Assembly (NCBI GenBank): GCA_028714375.1
Contig: JAQTMK010000001.1
Location: forward strand, 243,636-307,635
Reading direction: 5' to 3'
DNA: 64,000 nt
Source of the DNA: Candidatus Nanoarchaeia archaeon
GTDB lineage: Archaea; Nanobdellota; Nanobdellia; SCGC-AAA011-G17; JACPNG01
The notes beneath the pieces were generated by a model that saw nothing but the letters and a program-made list of their open reading frames with translations, ran no database searches and was not told the origin of the DNA. The translations under genes were made by a program, and so were the position numbers. Every line of letters begins with the position of its first letter. The stretch's first letter is position 1. Below are positions 8,122 to 17,652 of this stretch, one piece after another.

Positions 8122-8382
8122 ATGGGAGACTGTTCTTGTGGAAATAGGACGAGGGGAAATAACCAATCTATTTGTGGTGTATGCAGACGAAAAAGAAGAG
8201 ATGTTCGTAATAAAGAAAGAGCTGAGGAAAAAGAGAGAAAATTAATGAAGAGATTAATCTCTTACCATCATTTTTTAAAAAACAATCGAGCTCCAAAATA
8301 TTTTCGTAAAGAACTCTGGAAAACTTTTAAACCAATTTTATCTAAAGAAACTAGAAAGGAACTAAAACAGGAAGGGTGGTAG
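8122..8382 (+). CDS. Small basic Cys-rich hypothetical protein
   Basis: CSCG...CGVC putative zinc site; abuts next ORF. Confidence 0.6.
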   Translation: MGDCSCGNRTRGNNQSICGVCRRKRRDVRNKERAEEKERKLMKRLISYHHFLKNNRAPKYFRKELWKTFKPILSKETRKELKQEGW

Positions 8383-8979
8383 ATGAAACTAACAAAAGAA
8401 GAATTTGACAGATTTCAGGGAGAATTAAAAAAAATATCAATTTTAATGAATAAGGGAGAGATAACTAAACAAGAGATGGATAAGAGAGAAGAGGAGATCT
8501 TCCAAAAAATGCTTTCTTATGAAAATTATTTTGAATACGATAACCTCGAGGGTTATTATAGAAAAACAAAAAAGATTGTCCAAAGGCTTAGCAGAAAATC
8601 TGGAGATCAAAGAGTTATGCTTAAAATACATAGAGAGATCAATCATGAAAGAGAGCATGCAGAAGTCAATAAAAAATATAATCTGCCAACCACCTATTGT
8701 TTTTTTTATCATGAAAAAGAACTTAATAAAGATTATGGATTCCAAACTATGGTTCGTGTTAAAAATTGTTGTGAACTTACTAAAGAATGGAGTGAAGATT
8801 TACGATTTAAACATGATATTGATACTTTATGTGCCCCACAATCTATGAGCAAGGGGGATAAGGAAGATTTGATATTTCTAAAGGAATTAATCGCAGAGAA
8901 TAAGATTCTCAAAGATAATGAAAAAGAGGAACTGATTGAAACAATTAATAAACAGATAGAAAAATTTATAATTGTTTAG
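8383..8979 (+). CDS. Hypothetical protein with HExxH motif (possible metallopeptidase)
   Basis: EINHEREHAEV and distal AP..MS.GD motif. Confidence 0.55.
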   Translation: MKLTKEEFDRFQGELKKISILMNKGEITKQEMDKREEEIFQKMLSYENYFEYDNLEGYYRKTKKIVQRLSRKSGDQRVMLKIHREINHEREHAEVNKKYNLPTTYCFFYHEKELNKDYGFQTMVRVKNCCELTKEWSEDLRFKHDIDTLCAPQSMSKGDKEDLIFLKELIAENKILKDNEKEELIETINKQIEKFIIV

Positions 8980-8991
8980 TCTATCCCTATC

Positions 8992-9507
8992 GTGATGCTA
9001 CGATGCCCAAATTGTGGTTATCTCTTGGTGTTATTGCCTAAGCGAAATAAATACAAGTGTAGTAGGTGTGGTGGTTTATTTCCACAAAAAGAGATTGACA
9101 ACAAAGAGTTTAGAGAATGGGATGAAAGACAGAGACTACAAGATGTTGAAAACATAAAATCAGAGAAAAAGCCAAAAATAAAACTAAGTGAAGAAGAGAA
9201 GATTAAAAGAGCCAAGGAATCCAGAGAAAAGAACTACTACAAGAATCGGGATAAAATCTTAGTTAGGAAGAAGGAATATAGACGAGAAATAAAGGAACGG
9301 GAGAATGTAAGGAGAAAAGCCTACAGATATCAAGAAATTGAAAGGACAAGGCAATTATCCAGAATCCATTGGTTGAGGCAAAGGCAGAAGGCTTTAGCAC
9401 TAGGGTGGCTCAAAAACACAGAGGAGAAGGCTTATAATGCCAATATTTTCATTTCACCGCCCACTTCGTTACCTTACCATCTACTGAGTCAATTTTACCA
9501 AAATTAA
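8992..9507 (+). CDS. Zinc-ribbon plus basic helical protein; reads through the right TIR
   Basis: CPNC...CSRC; Arg/Lys-rich helix; stop codon lies outside the element. Confidence 0.6.
   Translation: MMLRCPNCGYLLVLLPKRNKYKCSRCGGLFPQKEIDNKEFREWDERQRLQDVENIKSEKKPKIKLSEEEKIKRAKESREKNYYKNRDKILVRKKEYRREIKERENVRRKAYRYQEIERTRQLSRIHWLRQRQKALALGWLKNTEEKAYNANIFISPPTSLPYHLLSQFYQN
9470..9486 (-). repeat. Right terminal inverted repeat (followed by TSD AGTCA, 9487-9491)
   Basis: TACCTTACCATCTACTG, reverse complement CAGTAGATGGTAAGGTA. Confidence 0.92.
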
Positions 9508-9905
9508 TCTACTACTTTTTTGCCTAAGCTTGAATTAAGTCCAGTCACAAAATAAGTTAAATCTATGGTTGATTTTAAATTTTTACCTTTCTTGTTTACA
9601 ATAAAATGAGATTTGATTTTTGAATCAATATCTTCTAAAATGTCTTCTTTTTGATCCCTGCTAGTACCATCTAATCCCTGGTAAGGTTCTGTTGTAATAA
9701 ATTCCAATTCTCCCTTAATGTTTTCAATAGCATCTAAAAATCCCCCTTTTGAAGATTTATAAACATAAATTGTAGCATAGGCTTCATTTTCATCAGACAG
9801 CCTTCCACACCAAATATTTCCAATCTCAAGAACATACGGAGAATTAACAGTCGGTTTCACTCTCTCGTTCACAATTCCTAGTCCACCCAATATCCTTTCT
9901 ACCAT
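9504..9905 (-). CDS. Hypothetical protein
   Basis: 133-aa ORF with BRE/TATA ~22 nt upstream. Confidence 0.6.
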   Translation of the reverse strand: MVERILGGLGIVNERVKPTVNSPYVLEIGNIWCGRLSDENEAYATIYVYKSSKGGFLDAIENIKGELEFITTEPYQGLDGTSRDQKEDILEDIDSKIKSHFIVNKKGKNLKSTIDLTYFVTGLNSSLGKKVVD

Positions 9906-9966
9906 ATTTTCTTTATGGAATTCTCATTTATAAACCTTTCGTTTTGTAACTACTAAAAAGAAATAA

Positions 9967-10305
9967 CTAAACCAACTTCAGATTCCTTGTAACAGAATCT
10001 ATTTTCTCATCCTCATCAGGACCAATACCAACACAGGTAATAGTTCCAGGTTCAACCTCAGTCCTGCCAGCGTCTTTAATTAAAGCAGTAACCAAACCAA
10101 CATCTTTAGCTAATTGATTATACTTCAATAAATCTTTAAGATTATCAGCTTTGAGAACAACTTTTTTCATGCCCTCTTTCTGCCAGTCATTAACTTTTTT
10201 CCTGTCTGATTTAAGAACAGCCTCAACAGAAGCATGACTGCACTGTGCACTCATCTTCCCTTTGCTTAATTTTAAATCATTTCTGACAATAATTGCTTGT
10301 TTCAT
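9967..10305 (-). CDS. pth2: Peptidyl-tRNA hydrolase Pth2
   Basis: MKQAIIVRNDLKLSKGKMSAQCSHAS, DAGRTEVEPGTITCVGIGP; start corrected to 10305. Confidence 0.95.
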   Translation of the reverse strand: MKQAIIVRNDLKLSKGKMSAQCSHASVEAVLKSDRKKVNDWQKEGMKKVVLKADNLKDLLKYNQLAKDVGLVTALIKDAGRTEVEPGTITCVGIGPDEDEKIDSVTRNLKLV

Positions 10306-10358
10306 ATTATTCTTCAAGAAAAGCTTTATAAATACTTTGTGGTTGAAAACATCAAGAA

Positions 10359-10433
10359 GGGGCTGTGGTGTAGCCTGGTCCAGCATTAAAGGTTTGGGAC
10401 CTTTCGACCCAGGTTCGAATCCTGGCAGCCCCA
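10359..10433 (+). tRNA. tRNA-Pro(TGG)
   Basis: GGGGCTG/CAGCCCC acceptor; AAAGG-TTTGGGA-CCTTT anticodon arm; GGTTCGAATCC T arm. Confidence 0.97.
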
Positions 10434-10480
10434 TTTCATAATAGAAACCTTTTTAAATGAAGTAAAAATCAATCTTTAAA

Positions 10481-10690
10481 ATGACAAAGAAAGTAGGATC
10501 AACAGGAAGATTTGGAGTAAGGTACGGAAGAAAGATAAGAAAGAGAGTTTTAGACATAGAAGTCAGACAAAAACAAAAACAAACCTGTCCTTACTGCAAG
10601 AAGAAACAAGTTAAGAGAATTGCATCTGGAATTTATAACTGTTCAAAATGCGGATCAAAATTCACAAGCAAGGCTTATGAGGTTGCATAA
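10481..10690 (+). CDS. rpl37ae: 50S ribosomal protein eL43 (L37Ae)
   Basis: GSTGRFGVRYG, CPYC...GIYNCSKC. Confidence 0.96.
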   Translation: MTKKVGSTGRFGVRYGRKIRKRVLDIEVRQKQKQTCPYCKKKQVKRIASGIYNCSKCGSKFTSKAYEVA

Positions 10691-10692
10691 AC

Positions 10693-10848
10693 ATGGTTGC
10701 TAAAGAACAAGAAAAAACATACAAATGTTTGGATTGTGGAAAGCAGGTAAAATATGATTATGTAAGAAAAAAAATCAGATGCCCTTATTGTGGAAGTAAA
10801 ATTTTATACAAGGAAAGAAGTTTTAAAACAACTGTAATAGCAAGATAA
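10693..10848 (+). CDS. rpoP: RNA polymerase subunit P (Rpo12), 51 aa (not in ORF track)
   Basis: YKCLDCGK...IRCPYCGSKILYKER; L37Ae-RpoP-prefoldin synteny. Confidence 0.92.
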   Translation: MVAKEQEKTYKCLDCGKQVKYDYVRKKIRCPYCGSKILYKERSFKTTVIAR

Positions 10849-10850
10849 AA

Positions 10851-11174
10851 ATGTCTTCAAAAAATCAAAAAGAGGTTCAGGAATTACAAATTCTAGAGCA
10901 AGGTCTACAAAATATTCTTATCCAGAAACAAACATTCCAGGCTCAGATGATCGAGATAGAAAATGCTTTGAAGGAATTAGAGCATTCAACTGGAGATTGT
11001 TATAAGATTGTTGGAAATATTATGATTAAATCTGATAAATCAACACTCATAAAAGATTTAAATGGCAAGAAGGAAATTATTGAACTAAGAATTAAGACTT
11101 TGGAAAAACAAGAATCAAAAACCAAAGAACAATTTCAGGAAAAACAAAAAGAGGCATTTAAAAACATAAAATGA
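10851..11174 (+). CDS. pfdB: Prefoldin beta subunit
   Basis: Coiled coils flanking YKIVGNIMIK hairpin. Confidence 0.9.
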   Translation: MSSKNQKEVQELQILEQGLQNILIQKQTFQAQMIEIENALKELEHSTGDCYKIVGNIMIKSDKSTLIKDLNGKKEIIELRIKTLEKQESKTKEQFQEKQKEAFKNIK

Positions 11175-11407
11175 TACCAGAAGCAATTGAATTGTTAAAT
11201 GAAATCTGTGAAGATCAAACAGTTCCAAAAAACATAAGGAGCAAGATTAAAAACACAGTTATTATTTTAAAAGAAGAAAAAGAAGATTCACTAAAAATAG
11301 ACCAGTCCTTACAAGAACTGGATGAATTATCTGATGATCCTAACCTTACAAGCTACACAAGGTCACAAATCTGGAATGTAGTAAGTATCTTAGAAAGCAT
11401 TAAATAA
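11171..11407 (+). CDS. UPF0147 family protein
   Basis: D.TVPKNIR, LDELSDDPNL.SYTRSQIWNVVS.LE. Confidence 0.88.
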   Translation: MIPEAIELLNEICEDQTVPKNIRSKIKNTVIILKEEKEDSLKIDQSLQELDELSDDPNLTSYTRSQIWNVVSILESIK

Positions 11408-11484
11408 TATGGATATTATCCAATAGAAATGTTTATATATAAAAATAAATTAATTTAAAACAATAAAACAAAGAGGCAAACAGA

Positions 11485-11877
11485 ATGGCGGTATTTTCAA
11501 AAATAAAGGACATCTTGTCCAAATCTACTGAATTTGACACAGATAATTACACAGAAGACTATCTAGAGATAGATACTTCTCAGGCTAAGACATCAAAGTC
11601 TAAAATCGTGGTAAGACCATTTACAATTACGGATTTCAATGATGTTAAACCAGCTTTGGATTGTCTAAGAGAAGGTTATACTATAGCCTTGATAAATATA
11701 AGGCCTTTAAAAGATAAAGATCTAGTTGAATTGAAAAGAGCAGTAAATAAAATCAAAAAGACCTGTGATGCTATTGACGGTGATATTGCAGGATTTAGCG
11801 ATGATTGGATTGTTGTAACTCCTTCATTTGCAAAAGTCCATAGAGGCGAAGAGATAAGCCAGGTTCAAGAGGAATGA
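11485..11877 (+). CDS. sepF: Archaeal cell division protein SepF
   Basis: LREGYTIALINI...LKRAVNKIKK.C.AIDGDIAG...IVVTP. Confidence 0.88.
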   Translation: MAVFSKIKDILSKSTEFDTDNYTEDYLEIDTSQAKTSKSKIVVRPFTITDFNDVKPALDCLREGYTIALINIRPLKDKDLVELKRAVNKIKKTCDAIDGDIAGFSDDWIVVTPSFAKVHRGEEISQVQEE

Positions 11878-11891
11878 TCTTTTTCTAAAAG

Positions 11892-12071
11892 ATGGGTGAA
11901 TTGCCTCAATTTACAAAAGAAGAACAAGTCATGTTTGGCTTAAAGTTAATTAATCTAATCAGAAAAAGAAGTACGATTGCTTCTCCAAAACCAAAAAAGG
12001 CCCTGGAAGAAAGAATTTCAAAAGCCAGAGAAGAAATGACAGCAACTCTAAAAGAAAACGGATATTTATAA
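11892..12071 (+). CDS. 59-aa hypothetical protein (not in ORF track)
   Basis: MGELPQFTKEEQVMFGLKLINLIRKRS...ENGYL fills the gap after sepF. Confidence 0.55.
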   Translation: MGELPQFTKEEQVMFGLKLINLIRKRSTIASPKPKKALEERISKAREEMTATLKENGYL

Positions 12072-12107
12072 AAAACTTTAAATACACTTATTTTTTATTT
12101 ATTCTAA

Positions 12108-12827
12108 ATGGGTAAAGCAGTAATAGAACTTCGTGATGTATGGAAAACCTATGTTATGGATGAGGTTAAGGTTAATGCGTTGCGTGGTTTAAATCTTCAG
12201 GTTGAAAAAGGGGAATTTTTAGGAATTCTTGGTAAATCCGGAAGCGGAAAATCAACAGCCATGAATATGATAGGCTCTCTGGATGTTCCTTCAAAAGGTT
12301 CTGTTTATCTTGATGGAATTAATATTTCCAGTTTATCAGAATCTGACCTTGCACAACTAAGAGGAAGAAAGATTGGATTTATTTTTCAGACCTTTAATTT
12401 GATTCCAAGTTTAACAACGCTCCAGAATGTAATGCTCCCTATGATGTTTCAGGATAAACCATATCCAGAAAGAGAAAGAATCGCTAAAGATATCCTCACA
12501 AGATTAGGAATGGCTCCACGTCTCGATCATGTTCCTGGAAAACTTTCAGGTGGAGAAAGACAAAGAGTTGCAATTGCCAGAGCCTTGGTTAATAATCCCG
12601 AAATGATCCTGGCAGATGAGCCAACCGGAAACTTAGATTCAAAAACCGGTCAGGAAGTAGTCCAGATACTAAAGGAATTAAACCAGAAAGATAAAAAAAC
12701 AATTGTTATAGTTACTCACGACGAATCACTGGTAAAAATATGTGATAGAATATGTTATCTAAAGGATGGGGAAATAATCAAAGAATTTAAAAAGGGAGAA
12801 AAATTAATTTTAGATACGTTAAGATGA
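12108..12827 (+). CDS. ABC transporter ATP-binding protein (LolD/MacB type)
   Basis: [35 protein letters not shown]. Confidence 0.95.
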   Translation: MGKAVIELRDVWKTYVMDEVKVNALRGLNLQVEKGEFLGILGKSGSGKSTAMNMIGSLDVPSKGSVYLDGINISSLSESDLAQLRGRKIGFIFQTFNLIPSLTTLQNVMLPMMFQDKPYPERERIAKDILTRLGMAPRLDHVPGKLSGGERQRVAIARALVNNPEMILADEPTGNLDSKTGQEVVQILKELNQKDKKTIVIVTHDESLVKICDRICYLKDGEIIKEFKKGEKLILDTLR

Positions 12828-14194
12828 AAAGAGGAATTTATATTTTAATGCTGATTTTAATGTCCACGTTTTCATTAGCTTATACTACATTATTACAAGG
12901 GGGGAATATATCCCAGACTACTGGGGTAGATGCTTATGATACTTTTTCAGCAACAGCTTTAAGATATGAACCCTATCCGCTAAGACCTGGAGATAATTTT
13001 GAAGTCTGGTTAAGCGTAAAAAATCTTGGAAGTTCCACATCTAAAAATGTAGAAGTTGAACTTATTCAGGATGGCCCATTTAAATCAAGTTATGAAAGTA
13101 ATATAGTAGTGTCAGAAATACCACAATACCAAGAAGCAGTTTTTAATTTTAAGAAAATACAGATTAGCTCAGATCTTATGGAGGGTACTTATGATCTTAA
13201 GTTCAGGATTTATCACAATGGGTACTATGGAGAATACCAGACAATTTATGTTCCAATTTCAATAAGGGCAGTATACCCAATCATAGAATTAAAGGCTTAT
13301 TCAGATCCAGAATATCTTGAGCAGGGATCTAAAGGTAAATTAATTTTAGAGTTAAAAACAACAGAAGATTTATTGATGAAAGAAGTATCTGTTAATTTAA
13401 ATTTGCCTTCTTCATTTATTCCAATCGGTTCAACAACAGAAAAAAAGATCTCAACATTAAGTCCCGGTCAAACTTATAAACTAATTTTTGAAGTAATGCC
13501 TCTTTCAGATGCAGAATCAAAACCATATTCAATACCATTTGTTTTAAATTATTTTGACGAAGCAGGAATAAATCAAAACAAGACAGATTACTTTGGTGTT
13601 TTGGTCCAGAAACCAATTGATTATGAATTAAATCTTGAAGAAACAGATAATTTTGTCAGAGGAAAAACAGGAAAAGTTGTCTTATCAGTTTCAAACGTTG
13701 GTCCTACAGAAATTAAATATATGACCATGGAAATTTTGCCTTCTGAAGACTATGAAGTTATTGGAAACTCAAAGACATATTTAGGAAACTTGGAAGCAGA
13801 TGATTTTGAGTCTGGCCAGTTTACAATCAATGCTCAAGAGAGCAAAGAAATTAAATTAAGGGTTGAACTCAGATACAAAGACGGATTCAATAAAGATTAT
13901 TCTGAAATAAAAGAGATTCCATTAAGGATCTATTCTAACTCTGAGTTAAAAGTTTATGGATTGAGTGGAAGCAACGGAAACCCAATAATCTCATTTATAT
14001 TTATAATAATTGTAATTTTACTTGTTTACTGGACTTACAAAGCATGGAGAGAATTTAAGGATATAGGAAAAGCAGTAAAGATTGCATTCAGAAAATTATT
14101 AAAATTAATATTAAATCTCATTTCAAAATTAAGATGGAGTTATATTAAAAGAATTCCAAGAAAGATTAAGTTGTATATTCAATCACAATCATAA
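12824..14194 (+). CDS. COG1361-like S-layer domain protein
   Basis: Signal peptide, Ig-like repeats (YEPYP.RPGD.F.VW.SVKN.G), C-terminal TM; typical ABC operon context. Confidence 0.75.
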   Translation: MKRGIYILMLILMSTFSLAYTTLLQGGNISQTTGVDAYDTFSATALRYEPYPLRPGDNFEVWLSVKNLGSSTSKNVEVELIQDGPFKSSYESNIVVSEIPQYQEAVFNFKKIQISSDLMEGTYDLKFRIYHNGYYGEYQTIYVPISIRAVYPIIELKAYSDPEYLEQGSKGKLILELKTTEDLLMKEVSVNLNLPSSFIPIGSTTEKKISTLSPGQTYKLIFEVMPLSDAESKPYSIPFVLNYFDEAGINQNKTDYFGVLVQKPIDYELNLEETDNFVRGKTGKVVLSVSNVGPTEIKYMTMEILPSEDYEVIGNSKTYLGNLEADDFESGQFTINAQESKEIKLRVELRYKDGFNKDYSEIKEIPLRIYSNSELKVYGLSGSNGNPIISFIFIIIVILLVYWTYKAWREFKDIGKAVKIAFRKLLKLILNLISKLRWSYIKRIPRKIKLYIQSQS

Positions 14195-15372
14195 TGATTA
14201 AAGATTATCTCACTCTAGCGGTTAAGAATATTCGGCATCGAAGTTTAAGGTCATGGTTAACAGTCATAGGTATAATTATTGGTATTGCTTCTATAGTTGC
14301 TTTAATTTCTGTATCCCAGGGTTTGGAAAATGCAATAAAAGTTCAGTTTGAACAGATGGGCTCAGATAAGTTGTATGTTATGGGAAACTCCGTGAGTGGT
14401 ATATCTGAATACCTTACCAACGATGATGTAGAATTAATGGATGGTATGGCAGAAATAGAATGGGTTAGCCCCTATATTATGGTCAGTGATACTGTTGAAT
14501 ACGGGAACTATAAGGGATTTATGAGTTATGTTCTTGGAGTTGATCCAGACCCTTTCAAAAAAACAATGGATGAATCTGGGTATGAACTCATAGAGGGAAG
14601 ATATCTTGAACCAAATGAAAAAAACTCAGTTGTGATTGGTTATAGAATATCAAAAGATTTTTACGACAAAGAGGTCCATGTAAACAACCAACTCATAATA
14701 AAAGATACAAAAATAAAAGTTGTCGGTGTTATGGATGAGGTTGGAAATCCTCAAGATGATTCTCAAATTTATATGAATATTGAAGACATAAGAACCCTCT
14801 TTAATAAAACTACAGAAGTAACAATGATCCAAGCAAAAGTTAAGCCCGGATATGATATAAATGTTGTTGCTGACAAGGTAACAGACAAACTAGAAAAACA
14901 AAAAGAAGAAAAAGAAAGTTTTATAGTCTCAACCCCCGAGCAATTATTGTCTCAGTTTGGAGATATTTTAATGCTGGTTCAGATTATACTTGGAGGGATT
15001 GCATCAATTTCTCTTTTGGTTGGGGGGGTTGGTATAATGAACTCAATGTACACTGCAGTATTGCAGAGAACAAGGGAAATTGGCGTAATGAAATCAATTG
15101 GTGCAACAAACAAGACAATATCATTACTTTTTTTGATTGAAGGCTCATTGTTTGGTTTGGTTGGAGGCTTACTTGGGATTGGGTTAGGAACCTTGATTGC
15201 TTACTTTGTAAAGTATGCTGCAGAGTTTGCAGGATATAGTATATTAGCTATAAAAATTAATGTTCCAATGTTATTATTTGTCTTATTGTTTGCAGTTGGA
15301 GTAGGATTAATATCAAGTTGGTTGCCAGCAAGAAGAGCTGTAAAAATGAAACCAGTAGAGGCACTAAGATGA
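14194..15372 (+). CDS. ABC transporter permease (MacB/FtsX type)
   Basis: RSWLTVIGIIIG, SLLVGGVGIMN...RTREIGVMKSIGA. Confidence 0.93.
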   Translation: MIKDYLTLAVKNIRHRSLRSWLTVIGIIIGIASIVALISVSQGLENAIKVQFEQMGSDKLYVMGNSVSGISEYLTNDDVELMDGMAEIEWVSPYIMVSDTVEYGNYKGFMSYVLGVDPDPFKKTMDESGYELIEGRYLEPNEKNSVVIGYRISKDFYDKEVHVNNQLIIKDTKIKVVGVMDEVGNPQDDSQIYMNIEDIRTLFNKTTEVTMIQAKVKPGYDINVVADKVTDKLEKQKEEKESFIVSTPEQLLSQFGDILMLVQIILGGIASISLLVGGVGIMNSMYTAVLQRTREIGVMKSIGATNKTISLLFLIEGSLFGLVGGLLGIGLGTLIAYFVKYAAEFAGYSILAIKINVPMLLFVLLFAVGVGLISSWLPARRAVKMKPVEALR

Positions 15373-16550
15373 TAAGAGACTATTTGACATTGATATGGAA
15401 AAATATCTTACACAAAAAAATAAGGTCATGGTTAACTGTTATCGGAGTTATAATTGGTATTGCAGCAATAGTCTCCTTAATTGCTTTAGGCCAGGGTCTT
15501 CAATCTGGTGTTGAAGAACAATTTTCAAGATTAGGAACCTCCAATCTTAGAATTGTTCCAAAAGGATTGATGGGTCCACCTGAAAAAGCTGATGTCCTGA
15601 CCGAAGATGACGTGAAAGTTTGTGAAAATGTTATCGGTGTTGATTATGTTACTCCCATGTTGGCTAAATCCATAAAAGTCAGTTATAATAATGAGGATAA
15701 GTTTAGCACAATTTATTCTATCCCATCTGATCAGGGTGAAAAAGGTCTTGCAAATTATGATGTTACTTGTGAGAAAGGTCGACCATTTAAAGATGGTGAA
15801 ACTAACGTGGTGATGATTGGCTACACCTTTGCCAACGATTTTTTTAAAAAAGAATTAATGTTAGGAAACAAAATTGAAATTGGAAATGATACATTTAAAG
15901 TAATTTGTATTTTTGGTAAGACTGGGAGCATAGATAGTAATGTTTATATCCCCCTTGAAAAAGCAAGAACAACTTTTTCTGAACCAAAAGGAGTAAGTGC
16001 AATAGTTGTATATGCTTTAGATGGGGTTGACATAGATGAACTTGGTAAAAAAGTTGAAAGAGATCTTAAAAAATCAAGAGATGATGAACTGTTTGAAATT
16101 TATACACCAAAACAATTATTGGAACAAGTTAACTCAATCTTAGGAATTGTCCAAATTATTTTGGTTGGGATTGCTTCAATTTCATTATTAGTTGGGGGGA
16201 TTGGAATAATGAATGCTATGTTTACTAGTGTTTTGGAAAGAACTACTGAAATTGGAACTATGAAAGCAATCGGAGCAACAAACAAAAATATCTTATCATT
16301 GTTTTTGATTGAATCTGGTTCAATCGGTTTAGTAGGGGGGATTTTTGGTGTAACCCTTGGATCATTACTTGCATACTCAGTAGAATTTATTGCCTCTCAG
16401 TTTGGATTTGGTTTGATAAGCATATCAGTAAGCCCGGTCTTGATTTTCTTTGCTTTAGCATTTTCATTCTTGATCGGGGTAGTATCAGGGATTGTTCCGG
16501 CAATAAGAGCTTCTAAATTAGTCCCTGTTGAAGCATTGAGATATGAATAA
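15369..16550 (+). CDS. ABC transporter permease (MacB/FtsX type), paralog
   Basis: Same motifs; ATGA overlap start at 15369. Confidence 0.93.
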   Translation: MIRDYLTLIWKNILHKKIRSWLTVIGVIIGIAAIVSLIALGQGLQSGVEEQFSRLGTSNLRIVPKGLMGPPEKADVLTEDDVKVCENVIGVDYVTPMLAKSIKVSYNNEDKFSTIYSIPSDQGEKGLANYDVTCEKGRPFKDGETNVVMIGYTFANDFFKKELMLGNKIEIGNDTFKVICIFGKTGSIDSNVYIPLEKARTTFSEPKGVSAIVVYALDGVDIDELGKKVERDLKKSRDDELFEIYTPKQLLEQVNSILGIVQIILVGIASISLLVGGIGIMNAMFTSVLERTTEIGTMKAIGATNKNILSLFLIESGSIGLVGGIFGVTLGSLLAYSVEFIASQFGFGLISISVSPVLIFFALAFSFLIGVVSGIVPAIRASKLVPVEALRYE

Positions 16551-17012
16551 TTAATCACTGCAGTTCCAAACTCCTAGATTGTTCTTAATTGCATAAATTT
16601 CAAGTTTTTTTAGTTCAGCATATTTTCTTGTGTCTTCCTTATATTTATCGAAGACCTTAGCATATCCTTCTCTAACCATAACTCCATTGACTAAAATATC
16701 ATCAACATAAACATATCTTAAATATCGATTGTACTTATCTATATTCGTGTAATCCATCTCGATGTAAACATCTTTATTTAGAATTAATTCAGCCAATCTA
16801 TCTTTGGCCTCCTTATAATAACATTTTTTCTTTTCCGGAGTATTTATCCCAGAAAATCTTATCCTATAGCTATTGTTCAAATCCGCTGTGTCCCCATCAA
16901 TGGTTTTAATAACTTTAAATGGACCCTCTCTCTGATAGTCTGATTCTTTTTCGTAGACAGTCTGACTGCAACCAATAAAAAATATGATTAATATCAAACA
17001 AATTATTTTCAT
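16551..17012 (-). CDS. Thermonuclease (SNase) family, lipoprotein-like signal
   Basis: IDGDT, IRFSGINTPE, DKYNRYLRYV; FIGC lipobox-like motif. Confidence 0.9.
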   Translation of the reverse strand: MKIICLILIIFFIGCSQTVYEKESDYQREGPFKVIKTIDGDTADLNNSYRIRFSGINTPEKKKCYYKEAKDRLAELILNKDVYIEMDYTNIDKYNRYLRYVYVDDILVNGVMVREGYAKVFDKYKEDTRKYAELKKLEIYAIKNNLGVWNCSD

Positions 17013-17063
17013 AAATCTAGTCTTAATCTTCGAATTAAAAACTTAACTAAGAATTTTCCGGAA

Positions 17064-17606
17064 TTATTTCAGGAATCTTACTTTATTTTTGGTTACAACA
17101 ATGTTTGGGATTATAAGTATATTTTCCCCATGCTTTAATTGAGTTTCAAACAACCCAATCTTGATAACTTTCCCTTCAAATTCCCTTATCCCCACTTCCT
17201 GCCCTTCTTTTATTATTTTTTTGATTTTAATCTTTATTCCAGCAAAAAAGTTTGGAACAATATCCATTAAATTGATAAATGATAAATATAACAAGAATAA
17301 TATCCCTAAAATTAATACAACAATAATAACAATTCTGTTTAGTTGTAGCTGTTTCATGGCAAATAAAATCGTAAGAACATAAACCACATATCTGGTAATC
17401 AAAACCACTTTGTTTTCCAGCTTTAACCTTATCTTTGTTTGTTCTTTTACAACACTATCTACCTCTAAATTCCTTAAGACTCCCCTTAATAAATTGCTTA
17501 AAACCCTCCCAAGTAGATATCCTAAGAACAATATAACTATTGCAGAAGTTACTCTGACAATGATTTCAGACTGGCTTATGTTCAAAGTTGCAATGTCAAA
17601 CATCAA
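17064..17606 (-). CDS. Small mechanosensitive channel (MscS-like) protein
   Basis: TM helices, DIVPNFFAG, GKVIKIGLFET, IIPN. Confidence 0.75.
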   Translation of the reverse strand: MMFDIATLNISQSEIIVRVTSAIVILFLGYLLGRVLSNLLRGVLRNLEVDSVVKEQTKIRLKLENKVVLITRYVVYVLTILFAMKQLQLNRIVIIVVLILGILFLLYLSFINLMDIVPNFFAGIKIKIKKIIKEGQEVGIREFEGKVIKIGLFETQLKHGENILIIPNIVVTKNKVRFLK

Positions 17607-17652
17607 AATAAATAAGAGAAAACTATTTAAAAAATTTTGCTAATTAAATAAT

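Larger units (their letters stand above)
1769..9486. mobile_element. 7,718-bp cargo-carrying DDE transposon (ISH3/IS4-like) with terminal inverted repeats and 5-bp target-site duplication
   Basis: Left end CAGTAGATGGTAAAGTA (1769-1785); reverse complement of right end CAGTAGATGGTAAGGTA (9470-9486); AGTCA on both flanks (1764-1768, 9487-9491); one DDE transposase inside. Confidence 0.92.

Noticed and set aside
1769-9486. Composite transposon or integrase-type island
   Set aside because: No second IS copy, no recombinase and no att duplication of 5S or tRNA; only one TIR pair plus TSD was seen.
10306-10434. N-terminal extension of the Pth2 ORF in the track (MGLPGFEPGS...)
   Set aside because: It is the antisense of tRNA-Pro; the real start is 10305.
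14194-16550. Similar sequence blocks in two adjacent genes
   Set aside because: Ordinary paralogous ABC permeases.
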